Below are positions 17,616-26,515 of a DNA stretch of 64,000 nt, piece after piece. The notes beneath the pieces were generated by a model that had not been told where the DNA came from, ran no database searches, and worked only from the letters and a program-made list of their open reading frames with translations. The stretch is from the sequence record NC_061451.1; one strand, 5' to 3'. Every line of letters begins with the position of its first letter. Within the stretch, counting starts at the first letter, position 1. Made by a program: the position numbers and the translations under genes.

Positions 17616-18338
17616 ATGACAATCAAATTTGTCGAAGTACCGAACATTAGTATGTTCGAGGGTCTGGTGCATGGCGCCAACCGACACGCACAAAACGCCA
17701 ACATCGGCGGCAAGGCTCGTTACGCATTCTACGTGGATGTGACAGAAGCTGCGGCAGAAGCTGCACTGTATTCAATGTTGCGCAAGAAGGCACACGCAGA
17801 TGTTAGAGCTGTGGGCTACTCTGTTTCTCATACTGTTCGCGGTATGACTCAACCTAAAGAGATTCCTGTTTTCTTGTCGGACAATTTGTCTCACATATCA
17901 TTGGATTCTTTGAAACAAAATTTATGTGAGTTGCTTCGTGCGCTGTGTCGTTCAGCCGCCAGCTCGGATAGCAATATCATTCTGTATTACCAAAAGGACA
18001 TGGCTTTCATCAAAAGCAAAATGTTCGATTGGGTTCTTGAAAGCAAGTTAAGCAGACCTTCAAAAGTAGACTGCGAACTGTATGTTCGTTCCTCAAACAT
18101 TGATCTTAACGTCCTTCTTAATATCGTTAGAGATCACGATTATATCGGACACTTTGCATCTAGCATACCACAAGAGATTACAATAGGCTCTGATGCGAGT
18201 GCCATAGATGCCGTCAAGTTATGTGACACAGCCGACGTACTGGCTGCTCAAGGCCGCAAAGTGCATCTGTGCAATGACATTTACCGCAAAGCGGTGTCTA
18301 TCTCCTTTGCCGACGGTATTCCGCGTAATCAACTGTAA
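17616..18338 (+). CDS. hypothetical protein
   Basis: AGGAG RBS; 240 aa; no motif recognised. Confidence 0.75.
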   Translation: MTIKFVEVPNISMFEGLVHGANRHAQNANIGGKARYAFYVDVTEAAAEAALYSMLRKKAHADVRAVGYSVSHTVRGMTQPKEIPVFLSDNLSHISLDSLKQNLCELLRALCRSAASSDSNIILYYQKDMAFIKSKMFDWVLESKLSRPSKVDCELYVRSSNIDLNVLLNIVRDHDYIGHFASSIPQEITIGSDASAIDAVKLCDTADVLAAQGRKVHLCNDIYRKAVSISFADGIPRNQL

Positions 18339-18382
18339 ACCAAACACATTGCTGTGTGTAGTCTTTGGCCAAACTTAGGCTC

Positions 18383-18409
18383 GGGAGTCCAGGACGGGCT
18401 CCCATTTTT
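18383..18409 (+). terminator. intrinsic terminator
   Basis: GGGAGTCC-AGGAC-GGGCTCCC-ATTTTT. Confidence 0.75.
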
Positions 18410-18426
18410 ATTTCGGAGACAGAACA

Positions 18427-19491
18427 GTGACTGACATTAGAAGCAAAACAGCCTACGAATATCTGCACGACACCTATCTTGAAAACAATTTCTTTGTTGG
18501 CGTTCCTCGATCTAAACTCACAGCAAAGTTTCAAGAGTACCTGAAGACAACTAACGGTAGGCTGCATCGTCACGGTCTTCCTCTCGCTGACTTTATGACG
18601 TGGGCCAACATGCGCCCTGAGATTAAAAAGGGCGAACAGCAATTTGATGCCGTCATGAGACTGCACAAACTTTCTTTTGATGCGGCCGCTGTGTACACAC
18701 AATTCGTATGGTCGTTTACCAAAGGTGTGTTCAAGATCGATCAAGAGATATGGAAACATCTTGCAGAGGGTGAGCCACCCAAGATACTTCCCTCAGATAC
18801 GCTCAAGCGTTTGCCTAACTGGTCACAGTGGTTAGATACGTCATTGAGAATGGTCCGTCACGATAGCGCCAGTGACACGCTGTTTGCTTTGACCACTGAA
18901 GGCTTCTGGTCAACGTATTTGTGCTATGATCATCAAAACAGAACGCACATGTTCCTCGTAGCGCCTACCGTTATGCAGATAGGCAAAGATAGTTTCATCG
19001 CAACCACTCTGGTTATGTTTGACATAACAAAAGACCATGAGATGGAAGACAACATGGATTGGCAAATCACCGCCACATCAACTGACGGTCAAACTTCCGT
19101 ACGCTTTACGAAAGAGCATGAAACGTACGGCAAGATACTTGACGGTTTGGTTAGTGCTTGGATTGATTCTGCTGTCAATGCGTTGTTGTTCGTCGCTTCA
19201 TCCGTTGATAACGTTTATAAAGGAGGTGTAAAGGGAATCGTCCCACGCAAACAAGGTAAGACGTTCAAAGTTCTACCAATACGTGACGTGCGTGTATGGC
19301 ATGTAGGTTCAGAGTTGCTTAACGAGATACGCCAGTATGAATCTGATGTAGCCTCAGAGAGTTCTCAGAATCGCCGTGCTCACATTCGTCGTGGTCATTA
19401 TCATAACTACTGGTATGGCCCGCGTGATGGTGAACGTGTTCTAAAAGCCAAATGGCTTCCACCGTGTGTCGTTCGAGGCACCGCAGAGTAA
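18427..19491 (+). CDS. AcrVA2/FinQ-family protein
   Basis: Ordered motifs W..TKGVFKIDQEI, LPNWSQWLD, GFWSTY, VGSEL..EIRQY, HIRRGHYHNYWYG, W.P..V match the recalled AcrVA2 pattern. Confidence 0.7.
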   Translation: MTDIRSKTAYEYLHDTYLENNFFVGVPRSKLTAKFQEYLKTTNGRLHRHGLPLADFMTWANMRPEIKKGEQQFDAVMRLHKLSFDAAAVYTQFVWSFTKGVFKIDQEIWKHLAEGEPPKILPSDTLKRLPNWSQWLDTSLRMVRHDSASDTLFALTTEGFWSTYLCYDHQNRTHMFLVAPTVMQIGKDSFIATTLVMFDITKDHEMEDNMDWQITATSTDGQTSVRFTKEHETYGKILDGLVSAWIDSAVNALLFVASSVDNVYKGGVKGIVPRKQGKTFKVLPIRDVRVWHVGSELLNEIRQYESDVASESSQNRRAHIRRGHYHNYWYGPRDGERVLKAKWLPPCVVRGTAE

Positions 19492-19540
19492 TCACAATCA
19501 ACCTTATCTTCCACAAAGGCGTTTAGCCTAGGAGAATCTT

Positions 19541-20299
19541 ATGTCCCGTGTACAAACGTTGTTCATCCCTGAAGTTGAACGTTTTGAAGCGTATGTTAAG
19601 TCGTTGCTGCACATGGCACGCACGCTAGATAACAGCGGTCGTCAATACAACCGCACGAAACATGTCGTCGTCGTTGGCTCAACAACTCGCATAGTCGAAG
19701 CCTACGTCAAAACAACAATCGGCTCTAACACAGTTCCAGATGGCGTTTTCTGCCTCGGACTGAACCAAGCGCCTGACCTCTATAAGAAGTATGACTTCGG
19801 CTCTGCTCATGTTGTACTGATGTTCGATCTGATGTATACGTCGGAGAGCGCAATCAACTCACTCGCCCACAGACTGTTTGATATTATCCTGACGCTCAAG
19901 CAGCGACCAGAAGATAAAGAACTGAAAAACCTTCCGATACATATCGTCGGTCAGAACTGGAAGGTGTGGGATGCTATGATGGAGTCGGGTGCAGGCAATG
20001 CAGCAAACTACGAATGCTATTCTAAGGGATTGCAGTTTGCACCCAATCAAACTTTCGAAACAGCCTCATGCATCACGTTTGATCAGCTACTCACGCAGGA
20101 CCCGAACACTTACGCCAAGCACGACATTTCGATTGGCCGAGAGTTCACCGTGATTGATCATGCTACGCTGATTCAAAAACTCCATAACATCAAATGGGTG
20201 TTGCAGTCAGGCCAGACACAACACAAACTCATCCTCGACCACGCGTTTCAGCGCATTTTGTTCGAGCAATATCTCTGCTATGAGTTTCAGGGTCTTTAA
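19541..20299 (+). CDS. hypothetical protein
   Basis: AGGAG RBS; 252 aa. Confidence 0.75.
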   Translation: MSRVQTLFIPEVERFEAYVKSLLHMARTLDNSGRQYNRTKHVVVVGSTTRIVEAYVKTTIGSNTVPDGVFCLGLNQAPDLYKKYDFGSAHVVLMFDLMYTSESAINSLAHRLFDIILTLKQRPEDKELKNLPIHIVGQNWKVWDAMMESGAGNAANYECYSKGLQFAPNQTFETASCITFDQLLTQDPNTYAKHDISIGREFTVIDHATLIQKLHNIKWVLQSGQTQHKLILDHAFQRILFEQYLCYEFQGL

Positions 20300-20373
20300 G
20301 AATAATCTTAGTCCGCTAACTAATTTAAAAACGTTGGCAAGTAGTGCTGACGTCTAGTTATCGGAGACATAAC

Positions 20374-20637
20374 GTGTACGAACGTAGCCTCGTGCGATTG
20401 AAGTACCACGCCAGAGCAAACCTCTGGTATAATAATACAGAACACGCTTGCAGTGAGCGGAAGGCTACTAATGTGCAATGTGAACAATTCTTGGAAGCAA
20501 CCAAGAACTGTCGCTCTGTGCAGGAGTCGCCTAGTGTTGTTTCTTTCTACTCAGGAGCCGAGCTTGTTGGTCAAGCAATATGGCAGCATGATGCAGACAG
20601 TGACAGCACACTTCAATTCCGGCTTCTACTTGCGTAA
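20374..20637 (+). CDS. hypothetical protein
   Basis: GTG start with GGAG RBS. Confidence 0.5.
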   Translation: MYERSLVRLKYHARANLWYNNTEHACSERKATNVQCEQFLEATKNCRSVQESPSVVSFYSGAELVGQAIWQHDADSDSTLQFRLLLA

Positions 20638-20701
20638 CATCCTAAAGGGCTTTCAGATACCTCTGGCGGCCCTTTATCATTTCAATACACGGAGAAAGCC
20701 A

Positions 20702-20968
20702 ATGTCTGTTCAGATTCAACTGTCCGAGAAAAACCTCGACGATATTATGCAGCACTCCACCAGCCGCATCAGCCTGTCTGAGTTGAATGCGCGTCTGGCG
20801 CAAGATGAAATCATCATGCAGAACGTGCTGGTGGAACGCCCTGTAGGCGCCGGTGTGCCTATCACTGTCGTGCGTGATATTGTTGATCGCTATCTGGAGC
20901 TGATTCGCAATCCAGGTCCGATTGACGGTCAATGGCAGCCGCAAGAATACGCTATCGTGCAATACTGA
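20702..20968 (+). CDS. hypothetical protein
   Basis: GGAG RBS before the ATG at 20702. Confidence 0.7.
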   Translation: MSVQIQLSEKNLDDIMQHSTSRISLSELNARLAQDEIIMQNVLVERPVGAGVPITVVRDIVDRYLELIRNPGPIDGQWQPQEYAIVQY

Positions 20969-20972
20969 TCTC

Positions 20973-21002
20973 ATGGGTGCCTTAGGGCGCCCATATTCGT
21001 TT
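20973..21002 (+). terminator. intrinsic terminator
   Basis: ATGGGTGCC-TTAG-GGCGCCCAT followed by a T-rich tail. Confidence 0.7.
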
Positions 21003-21042
21003 ATATGCTAATTTCTACCTACATTCAACTAGGAGAGACAGC

Positions 21043-21702
21043 ATGAAAATATTCGTTTCGCTGTCGGCCCCACAAAAACAAAAAGAACCGCCGATTGTAA
21101 CTGAATCTGATCAAAAGAATCCTCGCGTAAACGATAACAGCAAACTCGGTCAAGTGTTTGATGTGTTCGTGCTCCAGCAAATGTCCTATCTCGATATGAA
21201 AGAGATTCGTGGCTCTGCTGGTCCAAAATACGCGCAGGTTATTGCCGACTGGCTTAACAGCCAACGCAGTATCGACAATAAGTTCCGTGTGTCTAAGCGC
21301 AGTAAGATCTCTATTGCTGTCAAGAACACTCAACAGCTTGCCGCTCGCTATACGGACATTTACCTGTTGAGTCCTGAGAGCAATAAAGAGCGTTCGTGGT
21401 TGCTTAAAGGCGAAGGCCCACAAGGCAACAACAAGACGATTGAGATTGGTCGTAATCTCTTATTAGACGTCCTATATGCTTCTGCTCTGACGTTGCTTGG
21501 TGCACACCTCGTAACAGAAGAATGGCCAGGCAACAGCACGTATGATCAAGTGTTGTTTGAAATGGACAAGCGAAGCAAACGTGGTAAAAGGATTGGTAAG
21601 CGCTACCCACGCATTGCCAAAGAAAATGAAAACACACTAATCACGATGATGCAGGACGGGTTGTCTATTGCAGAAATCACCGATTGGGTTCTGAAACAGT
21701 AA
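21043..21702 (+). CDS. probable virion protein with N-terminal VSLS motif
   Basis: MKIFVSLSA; AGGAG RBS. Confidence 0.7.
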   Translation: MKIFVSLSAPQKQKEPPIVTESDQKNPRVNDNSKLGQVFDVFVLQQMSYLDMKEIRGSAGPKYAQVIADWLNSQRSIDNKFRVSKRSKISIAVKNTQQLAARYTDIYLLSPESNKERSWLLKGEGPQGNNKTIEIGRNLLLDVLYASALTLLGAHLVTEEWPGNSTYDQVLFEMDKRSKRGKRIGKRYPRIAKENENTLITMMQDGLSIAEITDWVLKQ

Positions 21703-21711
21703 GAGGAATCT

Positions 21712-22524
21712 ATGTCACTCGTAAAACTTCAAGGCGTCCCGTCCTTGTCCGCGCCTACCAAGGCCCAGAAAGATGCAGCTATCTATATGTTTGGCTCTAA
21801 AGGCCATTCTATCGTTGCTGTGTTGGATAAATTCAGTCGTGCCAAAGAAGTGCGTGCACCGCATCTCGATGGCCTGTTGAAGCTGATGAAGGAAGGCGAA
21901 GATGATGAGATCATCAAATTCGTTTCATCTGCTGCTGGTAAGAAAGCTCTGGCTAACGCGAAAGCATTCGCCGTTGCAAAGACACTGACCGCAAGCATCA
22001 AAGCGCTTAAACTGATTCGCGTTCCGATGAAGTGGATCGACGGTCACTCGGATGTTGCTGCTGCACGCAACGAAGAAACCAAAGAGATTCGCGCACGCAA
22101 GACTGCTGGCAATCGTCCTGAAAAGCCTATCAAGCTCGATAACCCGCAAGCGCCTGCGCCTGTTACTCCTAAGGCCAAGCCTGTTCACATCCCGTCTGGC
22201 AAGTCTGCTGATACGCTGGTGGATGAGATGGGCGATATTCCTGCGCGTAAGATCTCAGGCAAGAGTATGCAACAGCGTGAGGAATATTTGAATGCTCTGG
22301 GCTTCGTTATCCAGCGCAATATTCCGCGTGCAAAAGTCAACGTCTCTGCTGACAGCGTTATGGTAACTAAAGGCTCCAAGATTTATACCATTGCACTGAC
22401 GCCACAAGCGTGGACGCTGCAAGAAGGTGTGACTAAGAAGCCTAAGCGCATCGGCACAACGTTCGACGTTGTTTCCATACTGTCTGCGATTGATTCTTCC
22501 TTCGCGCCTGTACTGATGAAGTAA
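21712..22524 (+). CDS. probable virion protein (K/A-rich) with SLS motif
   Basis: MSLVKLQGVPSLSA; GAGGA RBS. Confidence 0.7.
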   Translation: MSLVKLQGVPSLSAPTKAQKDAAIYMFGSKGHSIVAVLDKFSRAKEVRAPHLDGLLKLMKEGEDDEIIKFVSSAAGKKALANAKAFAVAKTLTASIKALKLIRVPMKWIDGHSDVAAARNEETKEIRARKTAGNRPEKPIKLDNPQAPAPVTPKAKPVHIPSGKSADTLVDEMGDIPARKISGKSMQQREEYLNALGFVIQRNIPRAKVNVSADSVMVTKGSKIYTIALTPQAWTLQEGVTKKPKRIGTTFDVVSILSAIDSSFAPVLMK

Positions 22525-22528
22525 CAAC

Positions 22529-22557
22529 AAAAGGGTGGCCTAAGGGTCGCCCTTTTT
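22529..22557 (+). terminator. intrinsic terminator
   Basis: AAAAGGGTGGCC-TAAG-GGTCGCCCTTTTT. Confidence 0.85.
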
Positions 22558-22779
22558 CGATCTATTTGCGTGCCAATCGTAAATAACCTTTCCTCTGCGT
22601 TGCCTCTCCTACTCCTGCCTCGACGCCCACACGCTGCATACTCATTCCATTTGTCTCTACTAACTCTGGCTCTAACTCAAAACCTGCCTCAGTTTCCTGC
22701 TAACCTGATCGCTAATTCCTATCTGCAAGCCAAGTTCTTGCATACGCAAATTTGCTATTAGGTTAAGAGGAATATTCCC

Positions 22780-24618
22780 ATGATTGAAGTAAACTGTTTC
22801 GCAGATTTACGCACTACCGCTCCAGCAAAGGCTGGCGACATGGCGTTACTGAAACGTTACTATGACAAAGACAGTTCGTTTCGTGGGGGCGGCTACTTCA
22901 TCGGCTTTCCGCAGACAAAAGATCTGCCCGCAGATGATGGTGGTATCACGGCAGTAGATGCAAACAAAAGTTTCTTCTGGAAGCGTGTTGTGAATGACCC
23001 AGAAGAGATTAACCTGTTCCACTTCGGTGGTCGCTGCGACGGTAAGACAGATGACAGTGACGCGTTCCTGCGTAACTTCATGTGGACGTGTAAGTCTGCT
23101 GACGGTAACGACACTATAGGTGTGCGCTTCCCAACAGGCACAACGTTGATCAACCCTATCGATCTTACGCACTTGGGTGAGATACCTGTGTTCGCTATCT
23201 ATGGTGACACACGTTCTGATAAGGGCTGGCGTCCTCGTGTCAAGCTGATCAGTAACCAAGGCGAAGCTACTGTATTCAAGTTCAATGCACGCCGCACTAT
23301 TGTTCGTGGTCTGAACTGGAATGGTCAGTGCTATCCTGTGAAGGACGGCAAGAAGGTAGACGTGTCCACGATCGTGGGTGCTGTCATGCCTGAGCAGCGT
23401 TCAAACAATCAGATCTTCCTTGAGAACATCTGTACTATGGGTCAGTACATTGGCGTACAGTGCTTCCGTGCTGAGAGCAACGGCGGATCTGCATTGAAGT
23501 TCCAAGACACCATCGATACTTCTATCACAGAGATCTACGGCAGCAAGAGCTATGGTGCTGTGATTGAAGCCAAGTGGTCGAACACAGTGCAGGCCGGCTG
23601 GAACCACTCGACTGCTGTGCGCTTAGAGAACGGTAACTTCCAGTACGGCTACGGCCCTGCTGTGTTAGACATGCCGCGTATGACTCAGGCGTTCATGAAG
23701 AACGTCTGGATTGAACACACGCGCTTCCCAGGTAATATGAACGATGGTCAATGGGTGCTTGAAGGTAACTCGATTGAGAGTTCTGACAACCCACTCAATC
23801 TGGCCAACACTCGTTGCGTGATCAATGGCTACTACTTCCAAGGCGTTGGTACAATGAACTTGGAACGTGCATCAAGCCCTGACAACTGGCTGAGTGGCTA
23901 CGAGCGCGGCAGCATTCGTACTGAGACGTACGGTATCATCATGACCGATTCCTGCTTCCGCGCAGGCTACTACACGGGTTATAAGATTACCAACAATACA
24001 GATCAGGACAAATGGTTCTATCTGGGCAGCTACTCATTCCCGAAAGTGAATCAAGTGTGGCAGATTGAACTGCTGGGTACTGCACCAAACGTTGTACCGA
24101 ACACGAAGCTGCAACAGCCTACGCAGATGGACGGCATGGGTCGTCGTGTTATCACAATGCAACGCTGCATTTCACCGCAGAAGAAAGTGTATGCCGATAT
24201 GCACATGGAAGGAACGGACGCAATCGCCGATGTTGTGTACCAGCGCCTGTGGGAAGACTACGGCAAGGTGTGGGTTAAGCTGAAAGCCAACAGTGGTGAT
24301 ACTATCTTCAACCTGACCACCACTGGTCCAACTCGTTTCGAAGCAGGTGTTTGTACGTTGTTCAGCGACGGTCCAATTGAATGCGTGGATCCCGTTCTGA
24401 CCGAGATGACCACCAGTGTCGAAAAGAATCAGAAGGACTATGCGCGACCTCAGGCTCGTTTCAGTTTGCACAATGGCCTTGCAGGTGTAGGCGCAAACGA
24501 GCAGGGTCTCATCACTATTCAAACCAAAGACGCTACAGCACCGAAAGATACCACTAAGCCTGCTGGCTATGTGAGTGTCAATATCAACGGTGTTGATCGT
24601 CTCTTGCCTTACTACTAA
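22780..24618 (+). CDS. beta-helix (pectate lyase-like) fibre/depolymerase-type protein, AmsF-like
   Basis: N-terminal FADLRTT...GGGYF; FGGRCDGKTDDSDAF beta-helix cap; C-terminal GYVSVNINGVDRLLPYY fibre-type end. Confidence 0.65.
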   Translation: MIEVNCFADLRTTAPAKAGDMALLKRYYDKDSSFRGGGYFIGFPQTKDLPADDGGITAVDANKSFFWKRVVNDPEEINLFHFGGRCDGKTDDSDAFLRNFMWTCKSADGNDTIGVRFPTGTTLINPIDLTHLGEIPVFAIYGDTRSDKGWRPRVKLISNQGEATVFKFNARRTIVRGLNWNGQCYPVKDGKKVDVSTIVGAVMPEQRSNNQIFLENICTMGQYIGVQCFRAESNGGSALKFQDTIDTSITEIYGSKSYGAVIEAKWSNTVQAGWNHSTAVRLENGNFQYGYGPAVLDMPRMTQAFMKNVWIEHTRFPGNMNDGQWVLEGNSIESSDNPLNLANTRCVINGYYFQGVGTMNLERASSPDNWLSGYERGSIRTETYGIIMTDSCFRAGYYTGYKITNNTDQDKWFYLGSYSFPKVNQVWQIELLGTAPNVVPNTKLQQPTQMDGMGRRVITMQRCISPQKKVYADMHMEGTDAIADVVYQRLWEDYGKVWVKLKANSGDTIFNLTTTGPTRFEAGVCTLFSDGPIECVDPVLTEMTTSVEKNQKDYARPQARFSLHNGLAGVGANEQGLITIQTKDATAPKDTTKPAGYVSVNINGVDRLLPYY

Positions 24619-24623
24619 CAGAC

Positions 24624-24642
24624 GAGGGGCGCAATGCCCCTC
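24624..24642 (+). terminator. hairpin after the fibre gene
   Basis: GAGGGGC-GCAAT-GCCCCTC; no U tract. Confidence 0.55.
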
Positions 24643-24703
24643 AACTAAGTCAAATCTCTGTACTCTCCCTAACTCAAATAAGATACGCCGCACAGCGTAC
24701 TAT

Positions 24704-24757
24704 GCACTAATAAGGTCAAAATGACCATTCTCTGCTATATGCTGCCTATGCTATAAT
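24704..24757 (+). promoter_or_regulatory. early promoter, family member 1
   Basis: GCACTAATAAGGTCAAAAT-N29-TATAAT with extended TG. Confidence 0.8.
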
Positions 24758-24803
24758 AGTTGCGAGCGCATTGCTCAATACAATCATGCTGAGGAGCATA
24801 ACA

Positions 24804-25145
24804 ATGAACGCATCTACTTTCGATTTTTCTATCATCTGCACCGAGAGCTTCAACATTAATGAGCTGAACAAAATCGCCGTTGAGCTGAACAAGCTGATCA
24901 CTAACTCGCAGATCAAAATTGAAGCCGCAGAGCTTGATGATGAAGGCACAGAGTGCATTCTTCTGGCTATCGGCCTCGATGAAGACGGCGAAGAGACTGG
25001 CGAGAACGGCTACTCCCTGCATCTGGACAACGGCGACTATCAGATCGTATATCTCGGTGTGCCGCATCCTGACTTCGATAAGCACGAACTTGCGACCAGT
25101 GACTTCGAGTTGTTCATCAAATCAGTCAACGGCCTTGAGTTCTAA
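24804..25145 (+). CDS. acidic hypothetical protein
   Basis: GAGGAG RBS; first gene after the promoter. Confidence 0.75.
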   Translation: MNASTFDFSIICTESFNINELNKIAVELNKLITNSQIKIEAAELDDEGTECILLAIGLDEDGEETGENGYSLHLDNGDYQIVYLGVPHPDFDKHELATSDFELFIKSVNGLEF

Positions 25146-25165
25146 TCACTAATCTGGAGTCCAGT

Positions 25166-25519
25166 ATGCGCCCTAACGCCGCAGCACATCTCGCCGCATC
25201 TCTTGCCTTGTTTGCGAAACGTAACCGTAGAGCAAAATTCACTATCTCTACAAAATCGATAATTCAAGCGACTGATATGGGGACTGGTGCCTATATACCT
25301 GATCTATTCATTATGCAATTAGACCTAGAGTTGCGTCTACGTGGTTACATCCTGATTAAACAGGAGGAGACAAACTACATGATAATGAAAGCTAGACCCC
25401 GCAATCATGGCCTTCGCATTTCTTCAAATCATATAGATGAATATATGAACCTGCCTCTTGAAGTAGTCGATCTTCAACTCTCTGAGACGTTGGACACAGA
25501 AGACACAGAAGAAGACTAA
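25166..25519 (+). CDS. hypothetical protein
   Basis: GGAG RBS. Confidence 0.65.
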   Translation: MRPNAAAHLAASLALFAKRNRRAKFTISTKSIIQATDMGTGAYIPDLFIMQLDLELRLRGYILIKQEETNYMIMKARPRNHGLRISSNHIDEYMNLPLEVVDLQLSETLDTEDTEED

Positions 25520-25520
25520 C

Positions 25521-25571
25521 ACTAATCTGGCAGAAATCGCCGTTGTGTTTAGACGCTCAACGGCATACTAT
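25521..25571 (+). promoter_or_regulatory. early promoter, family member 2
   Basis: ACTAATCTGGCAGAAAT-N5-TTGTGT-N17-TACTAT. Confidence 0.7.
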
Positions 25572-25620
25572 TATGTCTCTAGCGCAATGACGCGCTACAA
25601 CAACGAAAGAGAGAAACAAC

Positions 25621-25875
25621 ATGAGCGAAGACGTTAAAGTAACAATCGATTTAGTAGCTGACTTTGTATCACGCACCGAAGTTGTGTTTGAAGATGGTCA
25701 ATCATCTAATGACTGGCTCGCGCCGTATGATCTGCGCCTGAACGTAACTGAGCCGCAAGGGCCGAACGGCTACCCCGAAGTTGAAATCGTTGGCCAGCGC
25801 GATAACGTCTTGCGCTTCTTTGATGAGCAGATGCCTGATAGCGACATTACAGAAGACTCGCTTGAATCTGCCTAA
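25621..25875 (+). CDS. acidic hypothetical protein
   Basis: ORF after the promoter. Confidence 0.75.
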   Translation: MSEDVKVTIDLVADFVSRTEVVFEDGQSSNDWLAPYDLRLNVTEPQGPNGYPEVEIVGQRDNVLRFFDEQMPDSDITEDSLESA

Positions 25876-25890
25876 GCAACAAACAACACT

Positions 25891-25918
25891 GTGGCGTTAC
25901 GGCGCCACTTTTCTATTT
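25891..25918 (+). terminator. intrinsic terminator
   Basis: GTGGCG-TTACGG-CGCCAC-TTTTCTATTT. Confidence 0.75.
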
Positions 25919-25934
25919 CTGATCTGAGGTCAAT

Positions 25935-26474
25935 ATGAAACAAAAATTCTTATTCTTGCGCATGAGCCGACACGAGCTGAATCAGCATTTGTTTTTACTT
26001 CGTGGCATGAGCCGTGAGCGTCTTGAATCATTCACTGGCATTATCGCCGTTGTCAAAGACGATACGACGATGGCGAACATCGATGATACTGACCTGTATT
26101 ATTTCAGCGAAGTAACAGCCGAAGAGACAACATCAGAGACGCAACAAACCTGGTGGAACCTGATTCATTACTACGACAATCAGATTGCTATCGGCTCACT
26201 CCCACGTATAGAGCCGCTGCTGCCTGACGATTTAGTTGAGCGCATCAAAACAACTCGCAGCAATCGCTTCTACTACGAGTTCGATACGCAAATGCCAGAA
26301 GTATTGGCCACTGTTGATCTTGACCTACACTTCTTACCGTCTGCCGCTCAGCCTCGTGTGAAGAAGCCTAAAGAAGAACAGCCAGAAGTTAATCCCCTGG
26401 CCGCATACACAGTCGAACAACTGTGTGCCGAACTACGTACTCGCCTGAGTGCAAAAATCACTATCGAATTTTAA
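25935..26474 (+). CDS. hypothetical protein
   Basis: GAGG RBS. Confidence 0.75.
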   Translation: MKQKFLFLRMSRHELNQHLFLLRGMSRERLESFTGIIAVVKDDTTMANIDDTDLYYFSEVTAEETTSETQQTWWNLIHYYDNQIAIGSLPRIEPLLPDDLVERIKTTRSNRFYYEFDTQMPEVLATVDLDLHFLPSAAQPRVKKPKEEQPEVNPLAAYTVEQLCAELRTRLSAKITIEF

Positions 26475-26515
26475 TCAACTAGCACAGGGACGTGCCTCTA
26501 ACTGAGATCAAAACT

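Noticed and set aside
18345-18405. Structured stretch ending in CCA resembling a tRNA 3' end
   Set aside because: No T-loop GTTCRA, D-arm or cloverleaf; it fits a terminator hairpin.
20425-20433. TGGTATAAT extended -10
   Set aside because: It lies inside a probable ORF and lacks the family upstream box at 28-29 nt.
5291-21015. TAATTT variant boxes (about 5295, 20322, 21009)
   Set aside because: Too short and AT-rich to distinguish from intergenic background without a genome-wide count.
22570-22761. 63-aa ORF in the G-poor spacer
   Set aside because: GTG start without an RBS; Leu/Pro/Ser composition reflects the pyrimidine skew.
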